Under the pieces are notes generated by a model that saw only the letters and a list, made by a program, of their open reading frames with translations, was not told where the DNA came from and made no database searches. A DNA stretch of 64,000 nucleotides, from positions 11,803-75,802 of the forward strand of contig JAGWAE010000002.1 in assembly GCA_018302135.1 (NCBI GenBank), read 5' to 3'. This DNA comes from Candidatus Woesearchaeota archaeon (GTDB lineage: Archaea; Nanobdellota; Nanobdellia; SCGC-AAA011-G17; PNOQ01). Of this stretch, positions 1 through 9,259 are shown piece by piece. How positions within the stretch are numbered: position 1 is the first letter of the stretch; each line of letters begins with the position of its first letter. Position numbers and translations under genes: made by a program.

Positions 1-22
1 AAAAAACTTAGACACTATTGAT

Positions 23-3000
23 TTGTCTGAAAATAAAGTTAGTTTGTTAAGTACATCGCTTAGTGATGTTACGCAAGATTCTATTATTTATGTAATGGAT
101 GGTGGTGAAAATGAAATTCAACTGGGCCAACCTTTGTTAAAAAATGTAAAAGATGAAAATGATAATTTTTATAGTTGGATTGTAAAAAATATTAATTCTA
201 ACAGTGTTGTTTTAGAACAAAAATTTGATAAAGCTAGTGGGTTAAGTAAAAAAACTATAACAATAGAGGTTAATAAAAATGGTGAATATATTCCTTACAG
301 TGATGGAACAACAAAATCAATTATGATAAAAGAAGTTAAAGTTGTTAGAAATGCTATCATAACAGTAACTCCTGGTTCTAAAGATAATTATGGTACTTCT
401 AGTTTTATAATACATATTCCAATTGAAAAAAGATTGTGGGATTGGACACCTGAAGAAATAGATAAAATGATTGCATCCACAGATAAAACTATAGATAAAG
501 TGGAGACAATAACTGAAAAATTAGGTAATGTTGTTAAAACTTGGAAAGGAATGTGTTTTGCTGTGTTTAGTTTTTTAGCTGTAAAAAATGCATTCTTCAA
601 TAATCCATTAGGAAGAAGATTGGCTGTTGAAAAATGGGAAGCAAAATGTAACGGTGCTATTAGTACTGGAACTCCCTTAAATGGTAAGGAGTATAGTGCA
701 GCCCAATTTGATAATTGTATGAGTGATAATTATGAAACTATTGAGCTTGATGTTAAAAAATCTGAAGAGCTGGTTAAGGAAACTAAAGAAGTAATGAAAG
801 ATTTTAACTGGGAAAAGAAAGAATCGGTTTCTAAAGCTGCAAGTGAACTTGGTGTAACTTCAGATGAACTTATATTGATGAACCAATATAACCAGCTAGA
901 GGCAGAAGATGTTAGAGATTCAGTATTCAATAAAAAATTTGGTGAAGGATTTAATGCTACTTCTTTTAATTTGAAGAAAGAGGAAACCAAAAAAATTCAT
1001 GAAAAAGTAACTGCTGCAGGATTAAATGTTAAAAATTCTGAAGATTTTAATAATATACAAGAAATTATAAATTCTATTAATGACAAGGGAGTTTCTTCAA
1101 AAGGGAATGATTTCTTTAGTAGTGAAGATGAAGTGGCAAAAAAAATAATAGGTGATGTAAATATTAACTATTTGGATTTAGACGGCAAAAAAACTGGTTA
1201 TAACATTGTAAAAGAAAATGAGGAATATTATTTATATCAGGATGGAACTAAGATTAAAGTTCAACCATATTTAAAAGAAGATAATCAACAGTTGACCAGT
1301 TCTTATGGTCAATTTTTTAAAACAAGTGATAATAAAATATATGTCGGTTCAGTAAATAGAGAATCATATTCTACTAGTTATTCTAACGGTAAGGGCAGTT
1401 TGATTTATGATGAGAATACAAAAAAACCTTTGTTTATACCAATAAAGTGGAGAAGAACACAAGAAATACCAAAGATAGACTATGCTAATTATATTGCTGT
1501 TGATCAAGAAATTATTGGTAGGGAATATCCTTATTCTGTTTGGAACGTTGGTTTAGATGGAAAAACTAATACGTTAGATGATCAGTTAGTTGTTAGTTCT
1601 GCTTTGTTGGCTAATCCAACAAATAATGAACTTAAAAGTTTAAAACAAGAAATAGAAAGAAGATATGAACGAGTTAATGTAAATCCAGATAAATCAGGAA
1701 AGAAAGTAAAAATTGATGGAGAAGAATATGCTGCACAACTAATTGGATCTAAAACTACAAGTGCAATTGGCGAATGTAGATATATGATGAGTGAAACTGA
1801 TTGTAAAATATTATTCGGAGTTTGTGACCCAGTAATGTGTCCAGCATCTAGATTTGATCTTGGTGGAAATTGGAAAGTAAGCAATGCAGTTCAAACTGGA
1901 ATAATTGGAAGTATAGTTTTAGGATTACCTAACTTTGATTTACCTTACGAACCTGTGCCGGTTTGTTTAACTGGAATACATGCAGGTTTAGAAAATATTG
2001 GAAGTATGTTGGGCAGTTTTAGAGATTGTTTAGAAACTGCAAAAGTTAAAGGAGAGTCTGTTGGTATTTGTAATGAAATAAGAAGTTTGTATATGTGCGA
2101 TATATTGTGGCAAGAAACATTGGCAATAGTTAATGTTTTTGGTGAATTAAATAAAATAATTTCTAATAAAATACTTGGAAAGTCTAACGGCGGAGGAGAA
2201 TACTTATCTTGGGATTCAAGTTGGAATCAGTTAACTAAGTCAGTAAGTTTCTTTACAAAAGATTATGCAAGTAGTGCATTTACAGCATTCCAGTCTAGAA
2301 GTACGAAAGAAATTGGAACTGAAATTTGTAAAGCTGCTATATTCGGAAAATATCCTGCTGGCGGAGATTTACTAGCACAATTAACAGAACCAGAAAGCCC
2401 AACACAATTTACTGGTTGGGTTGAAGAAGATAGGTATACTCAAGAAGAAGGAGGAAGGTCTTCATATAGAGTATATTACCATATTTATGCTGGAAGAAAT
2501 AATGATGTTAGATATAAAGTAATATTGAGAGATTTGCTTGGAAATGTAATGAGTGTAACTGATGATAATTATGCAACTGAAAGATTATTAAGAAAAGGAG
2601 AAAGTGTTGATAAAAGTTTCACAATAAATCCACCTGCTGGAAGAATTGGATTTACAAATATGTGTATAATAATAAATGGTGCTGAAACTTGTGGTTTTGG
2701 TAGTGTTTCTAGTAGTTTTTCAACCCAATATTTGAAAGATAAAATAATTGAAAGTCAAATTGGTAAGATAGAGTCTGCGGAAGATTGTAAACCAAGAACT
2801 TCTACTTACACACCAGGATTTACACAATCTGGGTTGGATATGAGATGTTCTGTTTATGATCCTGATGGTGTTGGTGATGATTGGGTTTGGACTGGAACTT
2901 GTGGATATGATGAAGAGAAAAGGTTCCAAGGAGATTGTTATTTATATAAAAAAGGAATTAATTTGTATGATGCTAGTTATAATATTTCTCAGCATATACC

Positions 3001-4948
3001 AAAACCAGATGGGCAAGAAACTGAAGAAAAATTTAGTGATAAAGAAATGATAGCATTAAAGAATCAATTTAATGAGCTAGTAAGTTTAGATGAAAAAACA
3101 ACAAGCACTAGTGAAAGATTAAATATTATTTCAAAATATAGAGAATTTATTAATTCTGAAATAACTACAGAAATAACTGCTTTAAGTTATTATAAAGTTG
3201 GTTATTTGTATTATAATATAGGAATAGATATGAAAACAAAAGTAGTAGAACAAGATAGAGCTAATGAAGAACAAGAAAGATTTAGTAAGTGTACTATAAC
3301 TTATGATGGAGATAAAAAAAGTACTGGTAAGGATGATAAAATTGTTCTTAAATTCATTGATAATGCTTGGATTATTAGTTCTTCTGGTGTATTATTAACG
3401 ACTGAATCAATAGATAATCCTATTAAAATAGAAGAAAAATTAGATTCATTCAGAATAGAAAATAAAGATTCTTGCAAACAATTGGATTCTTCTAAAGAAG
3501 AAGTTATAAAACAATTATGTGAAAATCTAGTCGGAAAAGGCTATGAAAATGGGCTTGCAATTATAGTTGATACAGCAAATGGAGAAAGTGATGATACTAT
3601 TCAAGTTGTAAATGTAAATGGTGAAAAATATGAACCTGAGCATAGAAAGGCTTCTGCATTAGAAATAATTAATTTGTGTGTTGGACAAACGGCGAAAGAA
3701 AGAGTAATAGACACAAGTGAGATGAATTGGTTAAGTGATATTGTTGGTCAAGAAATACTAATTAAAATTCAAGATGGAACAAAGAAGTGGTATGAATCTA
3801 AAGAATACACTTATTCTTTTTTGGATGGAAAAATTAATGGTGAAGACAAATCTTTTTCTGTTCAGAGTGTAAATGATTTGGTAAAATTAATTTTGGAAGG
3901 TGGATTAACAGGAAATTTGCCAAACATAGTAGTTATAGAAAATGAACAATATAAAACTTCTAGTACTTGGACAAGAAATTCTGGTGTTGATTTTAACATT
4001 TGGTTATTAAATGCTATGACTAATGCAGTTGTAGATGAACATTATCCTTTTGAATTAGAATTGAATAGGGGAAGGGATCTATTTGGTAAAAAAGGATTTA
4101 ATTTAGTTTGGAATGGTTTTGAATTAAGTAAAATGGAAGGTTATACAGATAGTAAATATCAAAATTCAGACTGGAATGGTTTTTTAAAACTAGTTTATAC
4201 ACTTTCAGATAAAGAAGATCTGAAATATTTAGAAATAAAATGTAAAGCCAGTGGTAAAATTACTAGATTAGATATAAATTTGGATGAAATTTATAAATAT
4301 TTTTCATCGGTTTCAAAATACATAGAGTCAAGTGGCTGGATAGAAAGGACAGTTGAAAGTTGTGGTATTGTTGAAGAAGTTGAGGTTGAAACTGGAGCTA
4401 TGGAATCAGTTATGAAATCTTATTCTACAAAAGGTGCATCTTTGTTTAATAAAGCATGTTATTGTGAAAATGATTGTGATGATTATGCAAAATGGATAGC
4501 AGAGTATGCACAGCAGTACAATGTTAATCCTATACTGTTACTTGCAATTATGATGAATGAAAATAATTGTGTTCAGAAAGAGGCAAAATCAAGTGCCGGT
4601 TGTGTTGGTTTGATGCAAATTTGTTCTTGGACACTATGTATTAAAGACATTCCTGAGTTGAACAAAGATAATTGGTGGGTTGTTTTAGGGAGTGATACTA
4701 AGGAATCTGCGGAAAAAAATATAAAATGTGGTGCCAGGATATTAAGGAATAGTTATTATGTATCCAAAGAAGGAGGTACTTTTCACCCATGTGTCGGCGA
4801 AGATAAAGTGTATACTGAATGGGAAGCTGCAGTAAGAGGTTATAATGGGTGGGATAATAGAAAATGTACCCCTGAAAATAGGAAACAGGATACATATGTT
4901 GAAGATGTGTTTGATATCTATGATGCCTTGAGTAGAAAAATAGTTTAA
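23..4948 (+). CDS. Giant protein (1641 aa or more, 5' end probably beyond window), Cys-rich, with C-terminal SLT/GH23 lytic transglycosylase-like domain
   Basis: Frame is open from position 2, with no upstream in-frame stop, and the first start candidate is TTG at 23, so the gene likely continues upstream. C-terminal about 130 aa carries the SLT signature: ILLLAIMMNENNCVQKEAKSSAGCVGLMQI (E...S...GLMQ catalytic motif) and AAVRGYNGWDN (AYNaG). The long N-terminal region has no recognisable domain. Confidence 0.8.
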   Translation: MSENKVSLLSTSLSDVTQDSIIYVMDGGENEIQLGQPLLKNVKDENDNFYSWIVKNINSNSVVLEQKFDKASGLSKKTITIEVNKNGEYIPYSDGTTKSIMIKEVKVVRNAIITVTPGSKDNYGTSSFIIHIPIEKRLWDWTPEEIDKMIASTDKTIDKVETITEKLGNVVKTWKGMCFAVFSFLAVKNAFFNNPLGRRLAVEKWEAKCNGAISTGTPLNGKEYSAAQFDNCMSDNYETIELDVKKSEELVKETKEVMKDFNWEKKESVSKAASELGVTSDELILMNQYNQLEAEDVRDSVFNKKFGEGFNATSFNLKKEETKKIHEKVTAAGLNVKNSEDFNNIQEIINSINDKGVSSKGNDFFSSEDEVAKKIIGDVNINYLDLDGKKTGYNIVKENEEYYLYQDGTKIKVQPYLKEDNQQLTSSYGQFFKTSDNKIYVGSVNRESYSTSYSNGKGSLIYDENTKKPLFIPIKWRRTQEIPKIDYANYIAVDQEIIGREYPYSVWNVGLDGKTNTLDDQLVVSSALLANPTNNELKSLKQEIERRYERVNVNPDKSGKKVKIDGEEYAAQLIGSKTTSAIGECRYMMSETDCKILFGVCDPVMCPASRFDLGGNWKVSNAVQTGIIGSIVLGLPNFDLPYEPVPVCLTGIHAGLENIGSMLGSFRDCLETAKVKGESVGICNEIRSLYMCDILWQETLAIVNVFGELNKIISNKILGKSNGGGEYLSWDSSWNQLTKSVSFFTKDYASSAFTAFQSRSTKEIGTEICKAAIFGKYPAGGDLLAQLTEPESPTQFTGWVEEDRYTQEEGGRSSYRVYYHIYAGRNNDVRYKVILRDLLGNVMSVTDDNYATERLLRKGESVDKSFTINPPAGRIGFTNMCIIINGAETCGFGSVSSSFSTQYLKDKIIESQIGKIESAEDCKPRTSTYTPGFTQSGLDMRCSVYDPDGVGDDWVWTGTCGYDEEKRFQGDCYLYKKGINLYDASYNISQHIPKPDGQETEEKFSDKEMIALKNQFNELVSLDEKTTSTSERLNIISKYREFINSEITTEITALSYYKVGYLYYNIGIDMKTKVVEQDRANEEQERFSKCTITYDGDKKSTGKDDKIVLKFIDNAWIISSSGVLLTTESIDNPIKIEEKLDSFRIENKDSCKQLDSSKEEVIKQLCENLVGKGYENGLAIIVDTANGESDDTIQVVNVNGEKYEPEHRKASALEIINLCVGQTAKERVIDTSEMNWLSDIVGQEILIKIQDGTKKWYESKEYTYSFLDGKINGEDKSFSVQSVNDLVKLILEGGLTGNLPNIVVIENEQYKTSSTWTRNSGVDFNIWLLNAMTNAVVDEHYPFELELNRGRDLFGKKGFNLVWNGFELSKMEGYTDSKYQNSDWNGFLKLVYTLSDKEDLKYLEIKCKASGKITRLDINLDEIYKYFSSVSKYIESSGWIERTVESCGIVEEVEVETGAMESVMKSYSTKGASLFNKACYCENDCDDYAKWIAEYAQQYNVNPILLLAIMMNENNCVQKEAKSSAGCVGLMQICSWTLCIKDIPELNKDNWWVVLGSDTKESAEKNIKCGARILRNSYYVSKEGGTFHPCVGEDKVYTEWEAAVRGYNGWDNRKCTPENRKQDTYVEDVFDIYDALSRKIV

Positions 4949-5032
4949 TGCAGAGGACAGGATTCGAACCTGCGAAGGCACTAAGCCATTAGGTCCTAAG
5001 CCTAACCCGTTTGACCGCTCCGGCACCTCTGC
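4949..5032 (-). tRNA. tRNA-Leu (anticodon UAG), long variable arm
   Basis: Reverse complement GCAGAGGTGCCGGAGCGGTCAAACGGGTTAGGCTTAGGACCTAATGGCTTAGTGCCTTCGCAGGTTCGAATCCTGTCCTCTGCA folds as a cloverleaf. Anticodon stem TTAGG/CCTAA, loop CTTAGGA, 15-nt variable arm, T-loop GGTTCGAATCC. No encoded CCA. Confidence 0.85.
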
Positions 5033-5097
5033 ACAAGAAGTTTAATATCAATTTTGTTTAAAAATGTTACTAAACTAACTAAAAATAATTAATACAA

Positions 5098-6273
5098 TTA
5101 GTTTTCTTCTCTTACTTGAGGATAAATAAATTCTTTACCTTCATAATTCCTAACTACAACTTCTTTATCGTCCATACTAACTATCCCTGCAGGTATTCTA
5201 ACTTTACCACCTCCACCAGGCGCATCAATTATAAAATCTGGAACTTCCATGCCACCAATATACCCACATAAGCTATTATAGATTTCCACTGCTTTTTCTA
5301 CTCTAGTTCTAAAATGATTTGTTCCTTTTACTGGGTCAGCTTGGTAAATATAATATGGTTTAACACGCATACTACCTAAACCAGACATCAACTTTTTCAT
5401 CGTTTCGGGGTTATCATTAACCCCTTTTAACAAAACAGTTTGACAACCGATAGGAATCCCTGCATCAGCTAACATATTGCAAGCTTTTCTGCTCTCGTCA
5501 GTTATTTCAGCAGGATGATTGAAGTGAGTGTTAACATATAACGGATGATATTTTCTTAACATACTTACTAATTCTGGAGTAACTCTCTGAGGTAATACAC
5601 ATGGAACTCTTGTGCCTATTCTTATTATTCCGTCTTCCCTTGTGCTGATTATATCATAGACAGATGAAATTATTCTTTCTAATGGAGCATCATCTAATAT
5701 GAATGGATCCCCACCAGATAAAATAACATCGTTAATTTCTTTAGTATTACTAATATATTCCAATGCTTTTTGAAGTTCTTCTTTTTTTGGTTGTTTCTTT
5801 GCATCTCCTACTTTTCTTTTTCTTGTGCAGAAACGACAATACATAGCACATTCATTTGAAACTCTTAGTAAAAGACGATTAGGATAACGGTGAGTTACAA
5901 GAGATGGAACGTTTTGTCTTGATTGGTGTTCAGGTTCTTCGTGTAATGGATCTTCCGTACAAACCTTATCTTCTAGTTCTATTGGATTAGGAATTGACTG
6001 TAAGTATAAAGGATCATTTATTCCTTCTATTAAACCTAAATAGTATGGATTAACTCTTGCAGGATATTGAGCGCAAACAGATTCTAGTGAACTTGCATCT
6101 AGTCCAAAATGATCTGCAATGCCTTGTGGGGAAGAAATGCTTTTTTTTAGAAGTTGTTTCCATTCTGGAGGATTGGAAAAATTTTGAGAAGTTTGATTTG
6201 TTGGGAGAAGTACAGGTTGTTTCAGCGTCGGATGTGGAGCCTCGCCTTGAATTATTATTGCTTTAGTATTCAT
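5098..6273 (-). CDS. Lysine 2,3-aminomutase family radical SAM protein (KamA/AblA/EpmB-like)
   Basis: CAMYCRFCTRKRK is the CxxxCxxC radical-SAM motif in the KamA-family context. Gly-rich PLP-binding-like region (DAPGGGGK) present. 391 aa. Confidence 0.75.
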   Translation of the reverse strand: MNTKAIIIQGEAPHPTLKQPVLLPTNQTSQNFSNPPEWKQLLKKSISSPQGIADHFGLDASSLESVCAQYPARVNPYYLGLIEGINDPLYLQSIPNPIELEDKVCTEDPLHEEPEHQSRQNVPSLVTHRYPNRLLLRVSNECAMYCRFCTRKRKVGDAKKQPKKEELQKALEYISNTKEINDVILSGGDPFILDDAPLERIISSVYDIISTREDGIIRIGTRVPCVLPQRVTPELVSMLRKYHPLYVNTHFNHPAEITDESRKACNMLADAGIPIGCQTVLLKGVNDNPETMKKLMSGLGSMRVKPYYIYQADPVKGTNHFRTRVEKAVEIYNSLCGYIGGMEVPDFIIDAPGGGGKVRIPAGIVSMDDKEVVVRNYEGKEFIYPQVREEN

Positions 6274-6362
6274 CTTACTTTTATTACGTGTTTTTACATG
6301 TTAATAATTTATAAAGTTTTCTATTATTTTATCGTCGAAAAAACTAAAAATTAGTTAAAATA

Positions 6363-6435
6363 AGCCTACGGAGGGATTTGAACCCACGACCTCCGCTTTA
6401 CTAAAGCGATGCTCTACCGGCTGAGCTACGTAGGC
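6363..6435 (-). tRNA. tRNA-Thr (encoded anticodon AGU)
   Basis: Reverse complement GCCTACGTAGCTCAGCCGGTAGAGCATCGCTTTAGTAAAGCGGAGGTCGTGGGTTCAAATCCCTCCGTAGGCT. Acceptor G1-C72, C2-G71, U73 is Thr-like. Anticodon loop TTAGTAA gives A34-G35-U36. One U-U mismatch in the T-stem. Confidence 0.65.
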
Positions 6436-6488
6436 AGTTATTTTTTAAGTATTGTATGTATATTAAAAAGTTTCTATAAACAAAAAAA

Positions 6489-6574
6489 TGTAGGGGAAGG
6501 GATTTGAACCCTCGAACCCACTAAGGGACAGGATCTTAAGTCCTGCGCATTTGACCAGGCTTTGCTACCCCTAC
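6489..6574 (-). tRNA. tRNA-Leu (anticodon UAA), long variable arm
   Basis: Reverse complement GTAGGGGTAGCAAAGCCTGGTCAAATGCGCAGGACTTAAGATCCTGTCCCTTAGTGGGTTCGAGGGTTCAAATCCCTTCCCCTACA. Anticodon stem CAGGA/TCCTG, loop CTTAAGA, long variable arm. Confidence 0.85.
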
Positions 6575-6612
6575 ATAACTTTAGAAGGAAATCATATTAT
6601 TTAAATAGCTTA

Positions 6613-7596
6613 CTAAATCTTTCTTAGAATTTGTTTCATACGATTTAATGTATCTATTGTTTCTTTTCCTTGTTTAAATTCTTTGTAATAAACAAAATAT
6701 CTTCTTATTATTTCTTGTTTTGCGGCTTCTCTACAAATTTTATCATTAATAATCCCGACTTTTGCCATGTTCAAACCCATATCAGTTGGAGATTTATAGC
6801 TAAAGTTATCTGAACTCGTCATTATACGCTTTAAAATTTTAAAGTTAAAAATATCTCTATTATAGTTTACTGCAGTTATACCATATGCTTTTTTATGATA
6901 AGTGTCTATCTTATTTTTATCATTTAAGTCTGCGGTTGCTGCTTCATAGGCAATGTTTACTGGGTGGTCTCTTTTTAAATTCCAAATTGGAAAAGTTTCA
7001 AACTTCGCAAAACTAGATTTAATATTATTCTTTCTTTCGTGGTTTATTTGTATTAAAGCAGTGGCCATTTTACCTGAGCCACCAGCTGGACCAGTTATAA
7101 TAACTAGTTTATTTTTTGTAGGAATATATGGTTGTTGTTCATATCCTTTTAAGATTAAACTAATATTATTGGGATATCCTTTAATTTCTCTGTGAATAAT
7201 TACTTTTACTCTTTGTTTTTTTAGTTTTCTAATAAATTGAGTAAGTTTTTGATTTTTATATAATGTTATAACTACAAAATTTACTTTTATGCCAAAACTT
7301 TTTAGGTCTTTAATATCTTTTAACGTTTGTTCATCATGAGTTAAGTTAAAATCACCAAGAACTTTCTTTTTTTGTATATTTTTTGCGTTAACGCAATATA
7401 TTATATCTCTATTTTTTAATGTTTTTAGAATTTTTATCTTATTCGTTGGGTCATAACCAGGTAAAACTCTTGACGCATGATAATCATAAACTAACTTTCC
7501 ACCAAATTCTAAGTAAAACTTTTCGTATTTTTTTATTCTATCTTTTATTGCTTTAGTTTGGGCTTTTATATATTTTTTTGAGTCAAAACCTTGCAT
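6613..7596 (-). CDS. Hypothetical protein with P-loop-like motif (ITGPAGGSGKM)
   Basis: 327-aa ORF flanked by tRNA genes. Gly-rich GxxGxSGK motif. No family recognised with confidence. Confidence 0.5.
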   Translation of the reverse strand: MQGFDSKKYIKAQTKAIKDRIKKYEKFYLEFGGKLVYDYHASRVLPGYDPTNKIKILKTLKNRDIIYCVNAKNIQKKKVLGDFNLTHDEQTLKDIKDLKSFGIKVNFVVITLYKNQKLTQFIRKLKKQRVKVIIHREIKGYPNNISLILKGYEQQPYIPTKNKLVIITGPAGGSGKMATALIQINHERKNNIKSSFAKFETFPIWNLKRDHPVNIAYEAATADLNDKNKIDTYHKKAYGITAVNYNRDIFNFKILKRIMTSSDNFSYKSPTDMGLNMAKVGIINDKICREAAKQEIIRRYFVYYKEFKQGKETIDTLNRMKQILRKI

Positions 7597-7639
7597 AACT
7601 TAATTCTAGATTAAATAATTTATAAATGTATTTAAAAAA

Positions 7640-7713
7640 AGCCCCAGAAGGGATTTGAACCCTCGGTCTATTGATTACGAATCAATTGCTCTACCGGACT
7701 AAGCTACTGGGGC
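7640..7713 (-). tRNA. tRNA-Thr (anticodon CGU)
   Basis: Reverse complement GCCCCAGTAGCTTAGTCCGGTAGAGCAATTGATTCGTAATCAATAGACCGAGGGTTCAAATCCCTTCTGGGGCT. Anticodon stem ATTGA/TCAAT, loop TTCGTAA, U73. Confidence 0.8.
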
Positions 7714-7818
7714 GTTTTTCTGACAAGTGAAACAAACAGGTTTACCTTTCTCGTAAGTTCCTTTTATCTTGCCCAAGAAAGTTTCTTCTATTTCTTTATT
7801 ACATTTTAAACATTTCAT
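7699..7818 (-). CDS. Small C4 zinc-ribbon protein (39 aa): MKCLKCNKEIEETFLGKIKGTYEKGKPVCFTCQKNAPVA
   Basis: CxxC-22-CxxC pattern. Not in the ORF track (under 60 aa). No obvious SD. The 3' end overlaps the 3' end of the tRNA at 7640-7713 by 15 nt. Confidence 0.35.
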   Translation of the reverse strand: MKCLKCNKEIEETFLGKIKGTYEKGKPVCFTCQKNAPVA

Positions 7819-7853
7819 ATTAAAAATAAAAAGTAGAGAATTAATATAGTTTT

Positions 7854-8279
7854 CTAAAATCTTAAATCTTCTTTGATTATCATATTATTTCTAGAAACCC
7901 CAAAGAATTTTTCTGCATGCTTTATAACAACTTCAGAATCAAAATCCTTGCATGAATATAAATCAAAGTTGATTCTATTCTTATTTGTAAAGGCATGGAA
8001 TGTTATGTGAGAATAATCTATTACAAGAACACCAGTTAAACCTGGGTTCTCTGGAATACCTTTAACAATTATTGGTGGGGTTAATGCTCCCATTTTAACT
8101 TTAGCAGGTAATTCTTTTAGAAAACTGTAAAATAAATGGTAATCGTTTGTTACTTCTTTAGATACACCATATACTTCAAGTCTTATATGTCTACCGTCTT
8201 TTTTAATGTCCTTTAAATTGACACCTTGACCAATCTTAAGATCATTCCAAGCAATCTCTTGATTTATATTAGATTTCAT
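7854..8279 (-). CDS. speH: Pyruvoyl-dependent S-adenosylmethionine decarboxylase proenzyme-like (SpeH/AdoMetDC class 1)
   Basis: 141 aa. GVLVIDYSHITFHAF resembles the E-S-H-I-x-I-H-T-W autoprocessing region. Size and FDLYSCK motif fit small archaeal/bacterial AdoMetDC. Confidence 0.6.
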   Translation of the reverse strand: MKSNINQEIAWNDLKIGQGVNLKDIKKDGRHIRLEVYGVSKEVTNDYHLFYSFLKELPAKVKMGALTPPIIVKGIPENPGLTGVLVIDYSHITFHAFTNKNRINFDLYSCKDFDSEVVIKHAEKFFGVSRNNMIIKEDLRF

Positions 8280-8395
8280 CTTTTAGTACCTCTAAAAAAA
8301 TATTTTTCATGTGAAAAATTATAGAAATAATTACTAGTTAAAATTTGGCAATGTTTGCGCCATCCGCCATAGTTTTCTAAAATAACATAACTCAT
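8276..8395 (-). CDS. Small ORF (39 aa, MSYVILENYGGWRKHCQILTSNYFYNFSHEKYFFRGTKR) translationally coupled to speH
   Basis: Strong SD (GGAGGT, 8-nt spacer) before ATG at 8395. Its TGA stop overlaps the speH ATG (ATGA). Not in the ORF track. Confidence 0.3.
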   Translation of the reverse strand: MSYVILENYGGWRKHCQILTSNYFYNFSHEKYFFRGTKR

Positions 8396-8599
8396 TCTAA
8401 AATACCTCCAAATCTTTTTTAAAAATTGAAAAGAGATTAGGATAGAAACGAATAGATACCAAATCGAACCAATGTCTTCCTTGTCTCATATAATCATCAA
8501 ACATTTATTATTTTTGGATTACGACGAACCCTGCCCCTCGTTATCAAATAGAATAAATTTAATTAAATAATTAGTTTATAAACTTTTTTATTTTCAGAA

Positions 8600-9259
8600 C
8601 TATTGAGAGATGGTTTGCTTGACAAAATACTTTTCTATGTAGTATCTTAACAGCTGTTCTGCCTCGGGAATACATGTTTTGTCTTGAATTCCAATTTTGG
8701 TTCTTTTTTGCAAGTCTTCAAAAGTTCTTGCACCATCCAAAACTGCCTCTTCGATATCGTGGTCAGTTATTTTTAGAATTTTATCGACGATTTTTATTCT
8801 GTCATTTTTTATTTTATCTAATTGATTTGTTTTTTTGTAGTAATCATTTATAGCGGCTCTTAATGCTTTGTCAGCTAGAACAGAACAATGAAATTTCCTT
8901 GTTGGTAAACCGTCAAGTCTGTTGGCAATGTCTTGAGGTTTAATTTCTAAAGCTTTTTCTATTTCCATCCCACCATTTTCAGTTATCATTGTAGAAAACA
9001 TAGATGTTGATGCGATTGCCGAGGCGCAGCCAAATGTTTGCCATTTACAGTCTATAATTTTATTATCTTTAACTTTAATCCACATTTTCATCATATCTCC
9101 ACAAGCAGGACTCCCTTCTTCTCCAATGCCATCAGCTTCTTTAGTTAACTTTTCTGATTCTTCTTTAGTTTTAGCTAAATTTTTTGGCTCAAAGAAATGT
9201 TTTTTTACAGTTTCAGAATAAAACCATTCTGTTCCGTCTTTGGATTTGACATCATACAT
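8600..9259 (-). CDS. iscU: Fe-S cluster scaffold protein IscU/NifU-like with C-terminal extension
   Basis: Conserved cysteine ligands ACGDMMK, FGCASAIA and HCSVLA. Overlaps iscS by 8 nt. Confidence 0.85.
   Translation of the reverse strand: MYDVKSKDGTEWFYSETVKKHFFEPKNLAKTKEESEKLTKEADGIGEEGSPACGDMMKMWIKVKDNKIIDCKWQTFGCASAIASTSMFSTMITENGGMEIEKALEIKPQDIANRLDGLPTRKFHCSVLADKALRAAINDYYKKTNQLDKIKNDRIKIVDKILKITDHDIEEAVLDGARTFEDLQKRTKIGIQDKTCIPEAEQLLRYYIEKYFVKQTISQ

Noticed and set aside
388-4895. Several 60-120 aa ORFs on the minus strand or alternate frames inside the giant SLT-domain gene (388-600, 730-990, 1582-1884, 2720-2929, 2856-3050, 4698-4895)
   Set aside because: They lie entirely within a long, well-supported coding frame and have low-complexity AT-rich-frame composition. 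Shadow ORFs.
6057-7195. Antisense ORFs 6057-6266, 6154-6354 and 6953-7195
   Set aside because: Embedded in or antisense to the kamA-like and 327-aa genes. Shadow ORFs.
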